Shown here: positions 20,801-28,423 of the stretch, piece after piece
Position numbering within the stretch: the stretch's first letter is position 1
Layout of the letters: each line of letters opens with the position of its first letter
NCBI GenBank assembly: GCA_964478715.1
Contig: CAYZIY010000002.1
Span: 113,068 to 177,067 of the forward strand
Reading direction: 5' to 3'
DNA length: 64,000 nt
DNA from: an uncultured Planctomycetales bacterium
GTDB taxonomy: Bacteria; Omnitrophota; Gorgyraeia; Zapsychrales; JBDRMG01
Made by a program: the position numbers and the translations under genes
Notes under the pieces: model-generated
Seen by the model: the letters and a program-made list of their open reading frames with translations, nothing else
The model's database searches: none
Told to the model about the DNA's origin: nothing

Positions 20801-21291
20801 AGGTTCGCTTGGTGGGTCTGATTGATCACGTAAAATTGACTACCACAAAAAGAACCAACGAACGGATGGCTATTTTGACAGTCGAGGATGAAACGGGGCA
20901 AACGGAAGTTGTTGTTTTTCCCTCTACCTATCCGTCTGTGGCGGCGGAACTTAAAGAGGGAACCGTTGTTCTTTTGCGCGGGCGGGTGAGTTTTCGCGAT
21001 GAGGCTCCCAAGCTGGTGGCTAATGATATCATTCCGATCGATCGCGCCTATCAGACCATTAAGTCTATCGATGTCGATTTATCGGATGTTAATGAACAAG
21101 GACTCAATCATCTCAAAGAGAAATTGGCGATGTTTCCGGGTCGAATTCCGGTCTTTTTAAGACTCAATACCAATAACCATAAAAGTGTGCAGATTTTAGT
21201 CGGAGAGGATTATTACATCACTCCGAGTTCGGATTTTATGGAAGAGTTAAAGGATATGGTGGGAGTGCAGAGCTTTTCATTCAAGCTTTGA
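17857..21291 (+). CDS. dnaE: DNA polymerase III alpha subunit.
   Basis: 1144 aa with PHP domain start FVHLHVHTQYSLLDG, GSAAGSLVSYLLEITDLDP, and an OB-fold C-terminus. Confidence 0.95.
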   Translation: MIYHSDFVHLHVHTQYSLLDGGCRIPELMQKASDLRMPAIAMTDHGNLFGTIDFYQKAIKYGVKPIIGCEMYLAPGSRFEKRPGVGASGHIVLLCKDEEGYRNLLKLVSMGYLEGFYYKPRIDKEILQKHHKGLIALSACLKGEVSSHIIEGRLEAATLIADEYRQIMGEGNFYLEMMENGILEQKMANKGLMEISKKLGIPVVATNDIHYIERFQSSAHEALLCIQTQATLDDPKHMRMQTDEFYFKTPEEMKKLFTYCPEAIKKTIEIAEKCNLEMNFNKIHLPRYDPPGGITKEVFLRELCEEGLSRRYETKTPQLKERLEHELKIIKEMGFVSYFLIVWDFIHYAKQNKIPVGPGRGSAAGSLVSYLLEITDLDPLRYGLFFERFLNPERMGMPDIDIDFCYERRNEVIEYVTNKYGKNNVAQIITFGTMQARAAIRDVGRVMGVPYGDVDKIAKMVPPDPSIKLKQAVQIEPQLKKLYDEDERAKRIIDTAMVLEGLNRHASIHAAGVVISDKPLTEYVPLFKTSDDQITTGFSMDGIAKIGLLKMDFLGLRNLTVISKAIKIIKETKGIDIDSRNIPLDDQTTFRLLGEALSQGVFQLESGGMRELLKRIKPNQFEDLITILALYRPGPIGSGMLDDYIRRKKGEVNVRYDHPKLEPILKETYGIIVFQEQVMQIASMVAGFSLTKADHLRKAMSKKIPDVMEKIRQDFVVGCQKISKIHEGLANKLFDLIDYFSGYGFNRSHSAAYALISYRTAYLKANYQVEFMCALLTCERDNTDKVVEYVKEAETMEIKVLPPDVNESFQDFKVIDDQTIRYGLLAVKNIGSGAIENIVHARSQGSFQSLFDFCQRVDLRSVNRKVVESLIKCGAFDFLGLNRSQLMAVCERAINAGAKHQKEKASGQFSFFEMAETSEHFRDKIEEIPDLKEWPQAQILSYEKELLGFYLSGHPLTRYSVEAKEFTDFPISDLIKAVESQEVRLVGLIDHVKLTTTKRTNERMAILTVEDETGQTEVVVFPSTYPSVAAELKEGTVVLLRGRVSFRDEAPKLVANDIIPIDRAYQTIKSIDVDLSDVNEQGLNHLKEKLAMFPGRIPVFLRLNTNNHKSVQILVGEDYYITPSSDFMEELKDMVGVQSFSFKL

Positions 21292-21369
21292 TTGCATCTG
21301 GATGGAAAATTTTTTATTGACACCGTAAGTTCTTGCTGATACTATATTTAGGATTAGGAGGATGATTCT

Positions 21370-21642
21370 ATGACAAAGAAAGATATCGTATTACGAATTA
21401 CGGACATGACCGGTATCAAGCAGGTGGATGTCAAGAAAGTTGTCCAAAAAACTTTTGATGTTATTATCGACAGCTTGATTCGGTCCGAAAAGGTCGAGTT
21501 GCGCAATTTTGGTGTCTTCAAAATTAAAGAAAGACGCGCGCGCTTTGGACGCAATCCCAGAACGGGTGAAAGCGTTCCGGTTCCCCCGAGAAAAGTTGTC
21601 GTTTTTAAGCCCGGCCTGGAAATGAAAAAAAGAATCAAATAA
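21370..21642 (+). CDS. hup: HU/IHF-family nucleoid-associated DNA-binding protein.
   Basis: 90 aa, MTKKDIV...FGVFKIKERRARFGRNPRTGESVPVPPRKVVVFKPG. Confidence 0.9.
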   Translation: MTKKDIVLRITDMTGIKQVDVKKVVQKTFDVIIDSLIRSEKVELRNFGVFKIKERRARFGRNPRTGESVPVPPRKVVVFKPGLEMKKRIK

Positions 21643-21692
21643 AATCTTCTATTTGTTGAAGTTAGAAGAAAACAGGATATGTGTGAAATCAA

Positions 21693-21736
21693 AAGGGCGG
21701 AAAGTGCCGTTGAGCTTTTCCGCCCTTATAAATTTT
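21693..21736 (+). terminator. Rho-independent terminator after hup.
   Basis: AAGGGCGGAAAG...CTTTTCCGCCCTT hairpin followed by a T-rich run. Confidence 0.55.
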
Positions 21737-21750
21737 AAGGCGAAGAATGC

Positions 21751-23007
21751 ATGAGCAATAAAAATTTTAACGTGCCGCGCGGAACAGTCGATATTTTACC
21801 GGATGATATTGCAGCTTGGCAGTATGTGGAGCAAAAAGCGCGGGAGATTTTTCAGGCCAGAGCGTATCGAGAGATTCGTACACCCGCTTTCGAAGATACC
21901 TCTCTTTTTTCCCGTTCTTTGGGTACCGCCACCGATATTGTTCAAAAGCAAATGCTGAACTTGGAAAAGAAGAATTTGTCGCTCAGGCCGGAGGGGACCG
22001 CTTCGGTGGTGCGCAGCTACGTCGAAAACAGCATGTATCATCAATCGGCATTGACAAAGTTGTTTTATCTGGGGCCAATGTTTAGGGGAGAACGTCCGCA
22101 AAAGGGACGTTTGCGGCAGTTTCATCATATAGGGGCTGAGGCGATCGGCTTAACCCATCCTTATCTGGATGTGGAAATGATTTCTTTAAGTATTCAACTT
22201 TTAAAAGCTTTTAGATTAGAAGACTTCGAACTAAAAATCAACAGCTTAGGCAGCAGCGATGACAAAAAGAATCTCGCTAAAGTTCTCAAGCAGCATTTGA
22301 AGAAAGAATTAAAAAATCTGTGCTGTGACTGCCGTGATCGTTTTGAACGCAACATTTTCCGTATTTTGGATTGTAAAAAGGAAGCGTGCAAATTTATTGT
22401 CAGCCGTCTTGAGTTAGGCGCGGATCATCTCTCAGAGAAGAGCCGGCAGTATTTTGAACAAGTTCTCAAAGGCTTGGACACTCTTAAGATACCATACCGA
22501 ATTTCATCATCGCTGGTTAGAGGATTAGACTACTATACTCATACGGTTTATGAAATTTCTCATGCATCTCTGGGCAGCCAGGATGCATTGGGAGCTGGCG
22601 GCAGATATGATCAACTGGTTGTCGATTTAGGAGGTCCGGAAGTGGGCGCTGTCGGCTTTGCCTTGGGTGTCGAAAGAATACTTTTAGCGGGCGCCAAAGA
22701 CCATTTCCGAAAATCGTTTGAGTTAGATGTTTATTTAATAGCTTTGAGTGATCTCTGTTTCGAAAAAATATTTTTACTGGCCGACGCGTTAAGAAAATCG
22801 GGAATTTCTGCGGATATAAGTTATCGCCAGGGTTCCATTAAAAGCCAAATGCGTCAGGCTGATAAATCAAAGGCCAAATGGGTGATTCTGATGGGGGAAG
22901 ATGAACTGAAAAGAGAAACCGTTTCAGTGAAAAATATGGAGACCGGACAGCAGCAAGAGATTCGGGCTTCAAAAGTTGGGGAGGTTATAAAGAAACAGTT
23001 ATGCTAA
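21751..23007 (+). CDS. hisS: Histidine--tRNA ligase.
   Basis: Class II aaRS motifs (FRGERPQKGRLRQFHHIG, GGRYD) and a 418-aa length. Confidence 0.92.
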   Translation: MSNKNFNVPRGTVDILPDDIAAWQYVEQKAREIFQARAYREIRTPAFEDTSLFSRSLGTATDIVQKQMLNLEKKNLSLRPEGTASVVRSYVENSMYHQSALTKLFYLGPMFRGERPQKGRLRQFHHIGAEAIGLTHPYLDVEMISLSIQLLKAFRLEDFELKINSLGSSDDKKNLAKVLKQHLKKELKNLCCDCRDRFERNIFRILDCKKEACKFIVSRLELGADHLSEKSRQYFEQVLKGLDTLKIPYRISSSLVRGLDYYTHTVYEISHASLGSQDALGAGGRYDQLVVDLGGPEVGAVGFALGVERILLAGAKDHFRKSFELDVYLIALSDLCFEKIFLLADALRKSGISADISYRQGSIKSQMRQADKSKAKWVILMGEDELKRETVSVKNMETGQQQEIRASKVGEVIKKQLC

Positions 23008-24401
23008 GAACACATACATGCGGTCAATTACGCAAGGGCGATGACAAAAAGCAAGCGACACTTTGCGGATGGGTTCATGCCCGGCGGGATCACGGAAAAC
23101 TGATATTTATCGATATTCGCGATCGTTATGGGTTAACCCAGGTTGTCTTTGTCCCTTCAGTTAGCAATGAGGCACATGAAAATGCGCAAAAACTGGGACC
23201 GGAATTTGTTATCCAAGTGACCGGGATGGTTAATGCCCGTCCGGCCAAAATGGTTAATCCGGATTTAGCTACCGGCGAGATCGAACTGTGCGCCGAAAAA
23301 TTGTCTATTCTCAATGACAGCAAAGTGCCTGTTTTTGAAATCGATGACAATACAGAGGTTTCTGAGGAGCTCCGGTTGACCTATCGTTATCTGGATTTGC
23401 GACGAGAAAAATTGCAAAAAGCGCTGACCACCAGAAACGATGTTTGCTATTTTATTCGACAATATCTTCAAAAAGAAAAGTTTTTAGAAGTGGAAACGCC
23501 GGTCTTAACGAAATCCACCCCCGAAGGAGCCCGCGATTATTTGGTTCCGTCTCGATTGAATCACGGAAAATTATACGCCTTGCCGCAATCCCCGCAGCTT
23601 TTTAAGCAAATTATGATGATCGGTGGTTTAGATAAATATTTTCAGATCGTCAAATGTTTCCGCGATGAAGATTTACGGGCGGATCGTCAGCCGGAATTTA
23701 CCCAGTTGGACATGGAGATGGCCTTTGTTGATCAGGAAGATGTTTTTGCCGTTACAGAGGGCTTGTTTCAGTTTGTTTTTAAAAATGTTATCGGTGTTGA
23801 TCTGAAAATTCCTTTTCGACGCTTGCCCTATGGTGAAGCGATGGGGCGGTATCAAAGCGATAAACCGGATTTAAGAAAAGAGGGCGGGGAGTTTGCGTTT
23901 GCGTGGATTGTTGATTTCCCTCTGTTCCAATATAACGAAAACGAGAAACGCTGGGAAAGCGAGCACCATCCCTTTACTCAGCTTAACAAAGATGATTTAG
24001 TCTATCTTAACTCCCAAGAGTTTGGTAAAATAAGATCGTGTTCCTATGATTTAGTTTTAAATGGGCATGAGTTGGGAAGTGGATCGATCCGTATTCACAA
24101 AAAAGAGATTCAGCAAAAGATATTTGATGTCATTGGGCTCAAACAGCAAGAGGCCGATGAACGTTTCGGCTTTCTCATGCGGGCTTTAGAATACGGCGCT
24201 CCGCCTCATGCGGGCATTGCCTTTGGAGTAGACCGCCTGATTGCGATTCTTTGCGGACTGGATTCTATCCGTGATACGATCGCCTTTCCCAAAACACAAA
24301 AAGCAAATTGTCTTTTGTCCGGCGCACCATCGGATGTGAGCGCCGAACAGCTCAGGGATATTGGCGTGATAGCCATTAAAAAAGGAGGGGGAAATGAATA
24401 A
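23001..24401 (+). CDS. aspS: Aspartate--tRNA ligase, short archaeal/eukaryal-type with no GAD insertion. Probably non-discriminating.
   Basis: 466 aa. Class II motifs FRDEDLRADRQPEFTQLD and GSGSIRIH...GAPPHAGIAFGVDRL. An N-terminal OB anticodon-binding domain is present. Confidence 0.88.
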   Translation: MLRTHTCGQLRKGDDKKQATLCGWVHARRDHGKLIFIDIRDRYGLTQVVFVPSVSNEAHENAQKLGPEFVIQVTGMVNARPAKMVNPDLATGEIELCAEKLSILNDSKVPVFEIDDNTEVSEELRLTYRYLDLRREKLQKALTTRNDVCYFIRQYLQKEKFLEVETPVLTKSTPEGARDYLVPSRLNHGKLYALPQSPQLFKQIMMIGGLDKYFQIVKCFRDEDLRADRQPEFTQLDMEMAFVDQEDVFAVTEGLFQFVFKNVIGVDLKIPFRRLPYGEAMGRYQSDKPDLRKEGGEFAFAWIVDFPLFQYNENEKRWESEHHPFTQLNKDDLVYLNSQEFGKIRSCSYDLVLNGHELGSGSIRIHKKEIQQKIFDVIGLKQQEADERFGFLMRALEYGAPPHAGIAFGVDRLIAILCGLDSIRDTIAFPKTQKANCLLSGAPSDVSAEQLRDIGVIAIKKGGGNE

Positions 24402-24948
24402 GCAAATTTTCAAAACATTGCTTTGCTTGGTCTTGCTTGTTGCGGTGGCCGGATGTTCAGCAAAAACCTATACGGTTAGACGGCAACGGGAGGATCAGCA
24501 GATCGAGGGCAATGCGGGATATTTGCAGGGTACTCCGCCGCCGGTTGACCACAGCGATGTAAAAAAGACCCGCAAAGTTTATGTGCTTGAAATCCAGTCG
24601 AAGGCAGATGCGCGCCAGGAGCAGGAAGTCGTACAGATGATTGAAGAAACCGAAGAGGCCGTTGAGGATGTCCGTCGCGATCTTCAGCAGAAGATGCGTC
24701 AAGCTCCCGAAGAGCCAAAGCCGGTGCCAAAAAAGCAAGCCGTTAAAGTTAAGCCGCTAATACCAAAACAAGAAACAACCGGCTTTCAAGAATATATTGT
24801 CGGGAAAAATGATACCCTGCAGAAGATTTCGATGAAATTCTATAATACGAATCACAAGTGGACGAAGATCTTTGAAGCGAATAAGGATGCGCTCAAAGAT
24901 CCCAACAGAATCAAGCCAGGTATGGTTTTACAAATTCCTCTGGAATAA
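24394..24948 (+). CDS. LysM-domain lipoprotein.
   Basis: Signal peptide with lipobox LLVAVAGCSA. C-terminal LysM (YIVGKNDTLQKISMKFY...IKPGMVLQIP). Confidence 0.75.
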   Translation: MNKQIFKTLLCLVLLVAVAGCSAKTYTVRRQREDQQIEGNAGYLQGTPPPVDHSDVKKTRKVYVLEIQSKADARQEQEVVQMIEETEEAVEDVRRDLQQKMRQAPEEPKPVPKKQAVKVKPLIPKQETTGFQEYIVGKNDTLQKISMKFYNTNHKWTKIFEANKDALKDPNRIKPGMVLQIPLE

Positions 24949-24972
24949 TGAAATAATTTTCCTGAATGAGTT

Positions 24973-25923
24973 ATGGAAACACTCTTTAAGCTGGACAATA
25001 ACAGAGAGCTGCAGCAGCTTTTCGGCAAATATGATGCGAATCTCAAGCTGATCGAGCAGGAGTTAAAGGTCAGAATTTCGCATCATAAAAGTGGTTTGCA
25101 AATCCACGGATCGGAAAAGCAAACCCAAAACACCACCGAACTCTTGGAATATCTTCTTGATATCGTTGATAGCGGACGTGATGTCAAAAGACGTGACATC
25201 ATCGATGCTTTGAGGTTGTCTGATCCCACAACCGGAATCGACTTCAAGAAACTTTCCAAAGGAAAGATCGATGTTGTTGCTAAAGGGGCTTTGATTACTC
25301 CCAAAACCAAAGGGCAGATGGAGTATATCGAGGCCATTAAGCATTTTGACATTGTCTTTGGCTTGGGTCCGGCGGGAACGGGAAAAACGTATATCGCTAT
25401 GGCCATGGCCGTTAATGCGCTGAAAAAAGGATTGGTTCGCCGGATTATTCTGACCCGACCGGCGATCGAGGCCGGAGAGAATTTAGGGTTTCTTCCCGGT
25501 GATATGGTCGAGAAAGTCTTGCCGTATCTTCGTCCGGTTTATGATGCTCTATACGACATGTTAGATGCCGAAAAAGTGGAGCTTTACAAAGAAAAGGGAA
25601 TCATTGAAGTGGCCCCCCTGGCTTACATGCGGGGCCGTACTCTCAATGATGCTTTTGTGATTCTGGATGAGGCTCAAAATTGCACCTCCGAGCAGATGAA
25701 AATGTTTCTCACTCGTTTGGGATTTGATTCCAAGACCGTGATCACAGGTGATATGACTCAAAGCGATTTACCAGAAGGGAAACCGATCGGCTTAATTCAA
25801 GCCCAGGAAATTCTTAAGAATATTGACGGCATCAAATTTATATTATTGACAGGGGATGATGTTGTCCGGCATGAACTCGTCCAAAGAATCATTGAGGCTT
25901 ATGAACGCTTCACCAAAAAATAG
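24973..25923 (+). CDS. phoH: PhoH-family ATPase (YbeZ-like).
   Basis: Walker A GLGPAGTGKTY and the conserved PhoH C-terminal region. Confidence 0.9.
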   Translation: METLFKLDNNRELQQLFGKYDANLKLIEQELKVRISHHKSGLQIHGSEKQTQNTTELLEYLLDIVDSGRDVKRRDIIDALRLSDPTTGIDFKKLSKGKIDVVAKGALITPKTKGQMEYIEAIKHFDIVFGLGPAGTGKTYIAMAMAVNALKKGLVRRIILTRPAIEAGENLGFLPGDMVEKVLPYLRPVYDALYDMLDAEKVELYKEKGIIEVAPLAYMRGRTLNDAFVILDEAQNCTSEQMKMFLTRLGFDSKTVITGDMTQSDLPEGKPIGLIQAQEILKNIDGIKFILLTGDDVVRHELVQRIIEAYERFTKK

Positions 25924-27352
25924 TTCCCAGATTATTCGCATCGGAAGCATTATTCTGCTAGAGCTTGTACTTCTGCTTTATTGTTATTATGTAGAATTTA
26001 GTCTGATTATTCCGGTTTTGCTTTTCTTTATGGCCATGGTGCTGGTGTTGTTAAGAAAAGCGGAGCGGCGATTATTTTTGAATTTAAGTCTTCTTCTGGT
26101 TCTGATTTCGTTTTGTTCTTTTCTTTCTCTTAACGTAGACTATTTTCAAATCAGTTATATTCCCGTGGCCAGCATTGCGATGTTGACGATGCTTCTTTAC
26201 AACGATCTGCTTCTGGCCTTTGTGATGACGTTAACTTCAGGGCTTTTGGTCGGTTTGATTGCCGGTATCGACGTTAGCTTGATGAGTGTTTTTATTCTGG
26301 GAGGGCTGACCGGTGTCTATGCGGTCAAAGATGCCAGGACCAGAGGAGAGCTGATCAAGGCCGGTACGCTGATTGGTCTGATTCAGGCATTATGTATTAT
26401 TCTTCTGGCTTCGTCGATGGAAATGATTTGGGAGACGGCTTTCTGGAAATTTCAGGTCTGGCCTTTTATTCTCAATGGTTTTATTTCTGCCGGCATTGTT
26501 TTGTTGGGCTCAAAGATTTTTGAATGGTTTTTTGGTGAGGTAACCAATTTCAGCCTGCTTGAGCTTTCCGATTTTAATCAGCCGCTCTTAAAAAGAATGG
26601 TTTTGGAATGCCCCGGAACATATCACCACAGCCTGATTGTCAGCAATATGTCGGAAGCGGCCGCTACATCGATAGGAGCCAATGCCCTATTGACCAGGGT
26701 TGGAGCCTATTATCACGATATCGGCAAACTGGTGAAGCCAGAATATTTTAACGAGAACCAGATGATCGCGGGCAATAAGCATGAGCAATTAGAACCGACG
26801 ATGAGCCGTCTTGTGATTTTAAATCACGTCAAAGAAGGGATTGAGCTGGCCAAAAAAAATAAATTAAGTCAAAAAATTTTAGATTTTATACCTCAACACC
26901 ATGGGACAAGCTTGATTTATTATTTTTATCAACGGGCCGTAGAAGAGGCGAAACATGACGAGAAAGTTGACGAATTGAATTTCCGCTATCCGGGGCCGCG
27001 GCCTCAGAGCCGCGAGGCGGCGATTGTGATGCTGGCCGATTCTGTTGAAGGAGCGGTACGCGCCTTAAGTGAGCCGACCGCCAGCCGCATCGAAGAGGTG
27101 GTGCGCAAAATCATCAATAACAAATTTATTGACGGACAACTGGATGAATGTAATCTGACGCTGAAAGACATTAACATTATCGGCTCCGTTTTCACGAGAA
27201 GCTTAAGTGCGATCTATCACAGTCGCATTCAATATCCCGATAAGAAAAATGGAAAAACAAATAAGAGTAAAAAATCTTCAGAAAAAGTTTCCTCTAAAAA
27301 TCAGTCTGATAAAGACGACGATTCACAGAATTCTAAAGAGTCTGAAGATTGA
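25856..27352 (+). CDS. 7TM-receptor-HD membrane hydrolase (YqfF/PgpH-like HD-domain protein).
   Basis: N-terminal multi-TM region. HD domain HHSLIVSNMSEAAA...YYHDIGK. Lys-rich acidic C-tail. The first Met overlaps phoH, so the true start is probably later. Confidence 0.8.
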   Translation: MMLSGMNSSKESLRLMNASPKNSSQIIRIGSIILLELVLLLYCYYVEFSLIIPVLLFFMAMVLVLLRKAERRLFLNLSLLLVLISFCSFLSLNVDYFQISYIPVASIAMLTMLLYNDLLLAFVMTLTSGLLVGLIAGIDVSLMSVFILGGLTGVYAVKDARTRGELIKAGTLIGLIQALCIILLASSMEMIWETAFWKFQVWPFILNGFISAGIVLLGSKIFEWFFGEVTNFSLLELSDFNQPLLKRMVLECPGTYHHSLIVSNMSEAAATSIGANALLTRVGAYYHDIGKLVKPEYFNENQMIAGNKHEQLEPTMSRLVILNHVKEGIELAKKNKLSQKILDFIPQHHGTSLIYYFYQRAVEEAKHDEKVDELNFRYPGPRPQSREAAIVMLADSVEGAVRALSEPTASRIEEVVRKIINNKFIDGQLDECNLTLKDINIIGSVFTRSLSAIYHSRIQYPDKKNGKTNKSKKSSEKVSSKNQSDKDDDSQNSKESED

Positions 27353-27686
27353 GAATACCGAACTCTCCGTTGTTTTTACTACGGATGTCCATATCCGATC
27401 CCTTAACCGGCAATATCTGAAAAAAAATCACGCCACTGATGTTCTTGCCTTTGATATGAGCCCCTCTGCCAGAAGCACAAAAAAGAAATTATGTGGTGAG
27501 ATTATTATTTCTATTGAAACAGCCCGTCGCAATGCTAAGCATTACCAGTTTAAGATCATTGATGAGATTCGCCTATATCTGATTCATGGAATTTTGCACC
27601 TTTTGGGTTACGATGACCATTCTTTTCGAGACAAAAGAGAGATGGAGTGGAAACAGCAGAAACTACTTCAAGAAATTAAGACATGA
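27207..27686 (+). CDS. ybeY: rRNA maturation endoribonuclease YbeY.
   Basis: H..H.LGYDH motif (HGILHLLGYDDH). The likely true start is Met15 at about 27249, but that still overlaps the upstream gene. Confidence 0.85.
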   Translation: MRSITVAFNIPIRKMEKQIRVKNLQKKFPLKISLIKTTIHRILKSLKIENTELSVVFTTDVHIRSLNRQYLKKNHATDVLAFDMSPSARSTKKKLCGEIIISIETARRNAKHYQFKIIDEIRLYLIHGILHLLGYDDHSFRDKREMEWKQQKLLQEIKT

Positions 27687-28417
27687 TCCGAAAAACCACC
27701 GGTATTATTTTAAAGACGTATGATTTAAGGGAGACCAGCAAGATCGTGGTTTTTTTTACGAGAGATTACGGCAAGCTTAAAGGGGTCTTGAAGGGAATCC
27801 GTAAGGATCCAAAAAAATTCGGAAGCAGTCTGGAGAAATTTTCGGTTAATGATATTGTTTATTATTGGCATGCGGATACCGAACTTCAGCTGGTCGGCCA
27901 ATGCGATTTGATCTCTTATTATTTTCCGATACGCAAAGACCTTAAGCGGCTGATGGCCGCACAGTATATGCTGGAGCTGGTAGATGTCATTATGCCGACG
28001 GAAGAGCCAAATCCTCAAGTGTACCGACTAATGATTTATTTTCTAGAGAGCCTGGAAACGATTCACGATATTAACAAACTTATTCATGTTTTTCAGATCA
28101 AAATTCTGCATTATTCCGGTTTTCGTCCTCACATCGAAGATTGTTTATCCTGTCAAAAGACTATTCAAGGCCGGGCTAAAATGAGTCTGAAGCTTGGCGG
28201 CCTGATTTGTCTGCAATGTCTGGAGAGAGATTTGAGCGCTATTTCGATATCCAAAGGTGCGATTGCTTCCATGTTGCATGTTGAAAAAAGCCCCTGGCCA
28301 AAGACATTGCAGCTGGGCCTTTCGCGATCGATTCAGAAAGAGCTCAAGATGATCCTGAATAATTTTCTCGTTTATCATCTTGAGAAACGGATCAAATCAG
28401 AACAATATCTTCAGTAG
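27683..28417 (+). CDS. recO: DNA repair protein RecO.
   Basis: N-terminal OB fold and a C-terminal zinc finger (CLSCQK...CLQC). 244 aa. Confidence 0.85.
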   Translation: MIRKTTGIILKTYDLRETSKIVVFFTRDYGKLKGVLKGIRKDPKKFGSSLEKFSVNDIVYYWHADTELQLVGQCDLISYYFPIRKDLKRLMAAQYMLELVDVIMPTEEPNPQVYRLMIYFLESLETIHDINKLIHVFQIKILHYSGFRPHIEDCLSCQKTIQGRAKMSLKLGGLICLQCLERDLSAISISKGAIASMLHVEKSPWPKTLQLGLSRSIQKELKMILNNFLVYHLEKRIKSEQYLQ

Positions 28418-28423
28418 AAATTT

